From positions 858,612 through 892,448 of the forward strand of contig NC_068984.1 of the NCBI RefSeq assembly GCF_001194135.2: a DNA stretch of 33,837 nucleotides, given 5' to 3'. The translations under genes were made by a program, and so were the position numbers. This DNA comes from Octopus bimaculoides (lineage: Eukaryota). Each line of letters starts with the position of its first letter. The first letter of the stretch is position 1. The notes beneath the pieces are model-generated. The model did no database searches, had not been told where the DNA came from, and saw only the letters and a list, made by a program, of their open reading frames with translations. Below, piece after piece: positions 33,791 to 33,837 of this stretch.

Positions 33791-33837
<47 letters not shown>

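Overview
Eukaryotic (animal) genomic DNA, AT-rich and saturated with microsatellites and short interspersed repeats, with six assembly gaps. The repeat families look like those I recall from Octopus (coleoid cephalopod) genomes; this is recall, not a database search. There is one clearly supported host coding region: a large minus-strand exon (ATG 10357 or acceptor-defined start 10377, to splice donor after 9031) of a cyclic-nucleotide-gated (CNG) channel alpha-type subunit. It encodes the N-terminus, S1-S6 and the pore (TTIGDLP). The C-linker/cNMP-binding exons were not found in the window. The remainder is probably intronic or upstream DNA. It holds a decayed Tc1/mariner transposase with DD36E spacing, a Penelope-type GIY-YIG remnant, RTE-like LINE fragments, several SINE families (one forming a head-to-tail array), small MITEs and many simple repeats. 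Nearly all other ORFs in the track are translations of microsatellites or N-gaps. I found no CRISPR array, rRNA or true tRNA gene, and no convincing new multi-gene system. The best leads are the channel's pore and splicing features, a 48-nt near-perfect intronic hairpin, the DD36E element and two degenerate motif arrays.
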